A stretch of DNA of 64,000 nucleotides from Gammaproteobacteria bacterium (GTDB taxonomy: Bacteria > Pseudomonadota > Gammaproteobacteria > RBG-16-57-12), in contig JAKIVC010000001.1 of assembly GCA_021647245.1 (NCBI GenBank), forward strand, positions 76,368-140,367, in the 5' to 3' direction. The notes beneath the pieces were generated by a model. That model was not told where the DNA came from and did not search any database. It saw only the letters and a program-made list of their open reading frames with translations. Positions 61,658-64,000 of this stretch are shown here, piece after piece (the stretch's first letter is position 1; every line of letters begins with the position of its first letter). The position numbers and the translations under genes were made by a program.

Positions 61658-62140
61658 CTATTTAGCATCGCTCTTTTCTGCTGGCTGCTGGCAAAAAATA
61701 GTGTGCCAAATGAGCAGGGCTGCGCCCATCATAATCGCCATGTCGGCCACATTAAAGGCGGGCCAGTGATAACTTTTATAATGAAAATCAAGAAAATCAA
61801 CTACATATCCATGTACAATCCGATCAAACACATTACCCAGCGCACCACCCAGTATGGAGGCCAGTGCAACAGCCTGAAGCTTCTCATTAACCGGAAGGCG
61901 CTTAAGCCACACCACAATGACAACACTGACCAGCAGCGCAATAGCCGTAAAAAACCAGCGTTGCCAGCCACCAGCATCTGCCAAAAAGCTAAAAGCGGCA
62001 CCGCTATTGTGCGCCAGTACAATATTGAAAAAAGAGTTCACCGGAATCACTTCATAGAGTGACAGTGCGCCGGACACCCAAAATTTAGTCGCCAGGTCCA
62101 GTGCAAAAATCGCCGCCGTTAACCATAGCCACTTAAGCAT
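61658..62140 (-). CDS. lspA: Lipoprotein signal peptidase II
   Basis: Conserved LspA core ([25 protein letters not shown]). The preferred start is the ATG at 62138-62140, giving 161 aa and overlapping the ileS stop by 8 nt. The track ORF extends 39 codons further into ileS. Confidence 0.9.
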   Translation of the reverse strand: MLKWLWLTAAIFALDLATKFWVSGALSLYEVIPVNSFFNIVLAHNSGAAFSFLADAGGWQRWFFTAIALLVSVVIVVWLKRLPVNEKLQAVALASILGGALGNVFDRIVHGYVVDFLDFHYKSYHWPAFNVADMAIMMGAALLIWHTIFCQQPAEKSDAK

Positions 62141-64000
62141 ATCGGCGCTGCTCCCCATCACCCGCCACATTCTCAATACAACGACTGCACAGCTCTGGGT
62201 GTTCAGCGTGGCTCCCCACCTCTTCACGGTGGTGCCAACAGCGCCCACACTTAGCATGTGTAGACGCTTTCGTCACAATCCACAGCTCATCATTACTCTC
62301 CAAGGTGATATGGATTGAGTTGCTGGGTATTGTCTCTGTGGTATGAATACGGGCATAGGAGGTAATCAGCGCAAAACGGAGTTCGTCATCAAGCTGAGCA
62401 AGTCGATCATAAATTTCTCGGCCACAGTAAAGGTCAACCTCGGCATCCAGTGATGAGCCAATGGCTTTCGATTCACGCAGGGGTTCCAGCGCCTTGGTCA
62501 CGGCCTCGCGGATGGCAATCACCTGGCTCCAAAACTCACTACCCATCACCTGCTCACCGGTCTCGGGGAGAAGGTACCACTGCTCCAGAAAAATACTTTC
62601 ACTTCGCTTACCCGGAATGTGCTGATAAATCTCTTCAGCGGTAAAGCTCAATATGGGAGCCAGCCAGCGAGAGAGCGCCTCCACCACGTGATAGAGCGCG
62701 GTCTGGCAGCTGCGGCGGGCTCTGGAATCTGCTTGGGTCGTATATTGGCGATCCTTCACTACATCCAGATAGAACGAGCCCATGTCGATTGAACAGAAGT
62801 TTTGCACTTTCTGGTAGATATGATGGAACTCATATTTATCATAAGCATCCTGCAGCTCAAGCTGCAGCTGAGCCGTGCGGTCAATCACCCAGCGATCCAG
62901 TGCGATCATCTTTGAAGGTTTCAGCATATCGGTAGCCGGATCAAAACCATTCAGGTTCGCCAGCAGAAAACGCGCGGTGTTACGAATCCGGCGGTAAGTA
63001 TCTGAAGTCCGCTTGAGAATCTCATCGGAGACAGTCATTTCACCACGATAATCTGTCGCGGCAACCCACAACCGTAGTACATCGGCACCGAGGTTATTGA
63101 CCACTTTTTGCGGTGCCACCACATTGCCTTTAGATTTGGACATCTTCTGCCCTTTGGCATCCACCGCAAAACCATGGGTCAGCACCGATTTATAGGGTGC
63201 CTGGCCGTTGATAGCCACAGAGGTCAACAGTGATGATTGAAACCAACCACGGTGCTGGTCTGAACCTTCCAAATAGAGGTCTGCCGGATAAGCCAACGCC
63301 TCGCGGCGCGCCAGCACGGCATGGTGAGTCACCCCTGAATCAAACCAGACATCGAGGGTATCGGTCACTTTTTCATACTGAGCGGCCTCTTCGCCCAGCA
63401 GTTCAGCCGCATCCATTTCAAACCAAGCTTCGATCCCCTGCGCTTCAACACGAAGGGCAACCTGCTCAATCAGTTTGGCACTATCCGGGTGTAACGACTG
63501 GTTCTCTTTATGTACAAAAAGTGCAATCGGCACACCCCAGGTGCGCTGGCGGGAGACACACCAATCAGGACGGTTATTCACCATCCCTTCAATACGCGCT
63601 TTGCCCCACTCAGGCAGCCACTCTGTTTTCTGGATTTCGTCTTGCGCAGTATCACGCAGACCATTTTGCTGCATACTGATAAACCACTGCGGCGTGGCGC
63701 GAAAAATAATCGGTGTTTTGTGCCGCCAGCAGTGAGGGTAGCTATGACGTAACGCCTCAGCACGCATCAACTTCCCCTTCGCTTTTAACAGCTCTAACAC
63801 GCTGTCGTTGGCTTTAAAAACATGCTGACCCGCAAAGTATTCTGTATCAGGTAAAAACTTACCATCACCACCCACCGGATTAACCACCGCCAGGCCATAT
63901 CGTGATGCCACCACATAGTCGTCCTGCCCATGGCCTGGCGCGGTATGCACCGCCCCAGTACCCGCCTCAGATGTTACATGGTCACCCAGAATAATCGGCA
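62133..64000 (-). CDS. ileS: Isoleucyl-tRNA synthetase. Partial: the C-terminal ~620 aa are present, and the N-terminus lies beyond the right edge.
   Basis: KMSKS motif, C-terminal Zn-finger CxxC...CxxC ([25 protein letters not shown]). The frame stays open to position 64000. Confidence 0.95.
   Translation of the reverse strand, partial: PIILGDHVTSEAGTGAVHTAPGHGQDDYVVASRYGLAVVNPVGGDGKFLPDTEYFAGQHVFKANDSVLELLKAKGKLMRAEALRHSYPHCWRHKTPIIFRATPQWFISMQQNGLRDTAQDEIQKTEWLPEWGKARIEGMVNNRPDWCVSRQRTWGVPIALFVHKENQSLHPDSAKLIEQVALRVEAQGIEAWFEMDAAELLGEEAAQYEKVTDTLDVWFDSGVTHHAVLARREALAYPADLYLEGSDQHRGWFQSSLLTSVAINGQAPYKSVLTHGFAVDAKGQKMSKSKGNVVAPQKVVNNLGADVLRLWVAATDYRGEMTVSDEILKRTSDTYRRIRNTARFLLANLNGFDPATDMLKPSKMIALDRWVIDRTAQLQLELQDAYDKYEFHHIYQKVQNFCSIDMGSFYLDVVKDRQYTTQADSRARRSCQTALYHVVEALSRWLAPILSFTAEEIYQHIPGKRSESIFLEQWYLLPETGEQVMGSEFWSQVIAIREAVTKALEPLRESKAIGSSLDAEVDLYCGREIYDRLAQLDDELRFALITSYARIHTTETIPSNSIHITLESNDELWIVTKASTHAKCGRCWHHREEVGSHAEHPELCSRCIENVAGDGEQRRYA

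Noticed and set aside
1-64000. CRISPR arrays, IS elements/transposases, integrases, prophage genes, rRNA
   Set aside because: No short regularly spaced repeats, no DDE/tyrosine-recombinase-like ORFs and no rRNA-like conserved stretches were seen. All ORFs of 150 aa or more are accounted for by housekeeping, flagellar, transport or pilus functions.

Overview
This 64-kb window is a densely coding chromosomal region of about 50% GC, with most genes on the minus strand. Gene order and content look like a gammaproteobacterium with a Pseudomonas/Vibrio-type polar flagellum. From left to right it contains:
- a partial DUF2058-like gene;
- phnCDE, the phosphonate ABC transporter;
- an RlmI-like methyltransferase;
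- an OmpA protein with thrombospondin-type-3 repeats;
- a nitrobindin-like gene;
- metH;
- a large flagellar/chemotaxis supercluster on the minus strand, in transcriptional order fliL-M-N-O-P-Q-R, flhB, flhA, flhF, flhG/fleN, fliA, cheY, cheZ, cheA, cheB, motA/motC, motB/motD, mcp;
- a hemerythrin-NIT-GGDEF diguanylate cyclase;
- an hcp operon that carries an AsrA/AsrB-like two-subunit reductase instead of hcr;
- an unexplained ~0.5-kb ORF-free, GC-rich block followed by an AT-rich orphan ORF;
- a divergent ccp-oxyR pair;
- a yeaD-like gene;
- the conserved rimP-nusA-infB-rbfA-truB-rpsO-pnp operon;
- dcd, apbC/mrp and divergent metG;
- rnfABCDGE;
- a type IV minor-pilin cluster (pilE-like, fimT, pilW, pilX, pilV-like) with no pilY1;
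- ispH-lspA-ileS (ileS runs off the right edge).

I found no rRNA, tRNA, CRISPR array, transposase or integrase. The regions most worth a second look are:
- the uncharacterised non-coding block and foreign-composition orphan ORF between hcp and ccp (34.86-35.9 kb);
- the hemerythrin-NIT-GGDEF sensor;
- the hcp/AsrAB-like module;
- a ~90-bp intergenic repeat present twice (38.06 kb and 57.57 kb).

All calls rest on reading the supplied ORF translations and the raw sequence by eye. No database search was possible.
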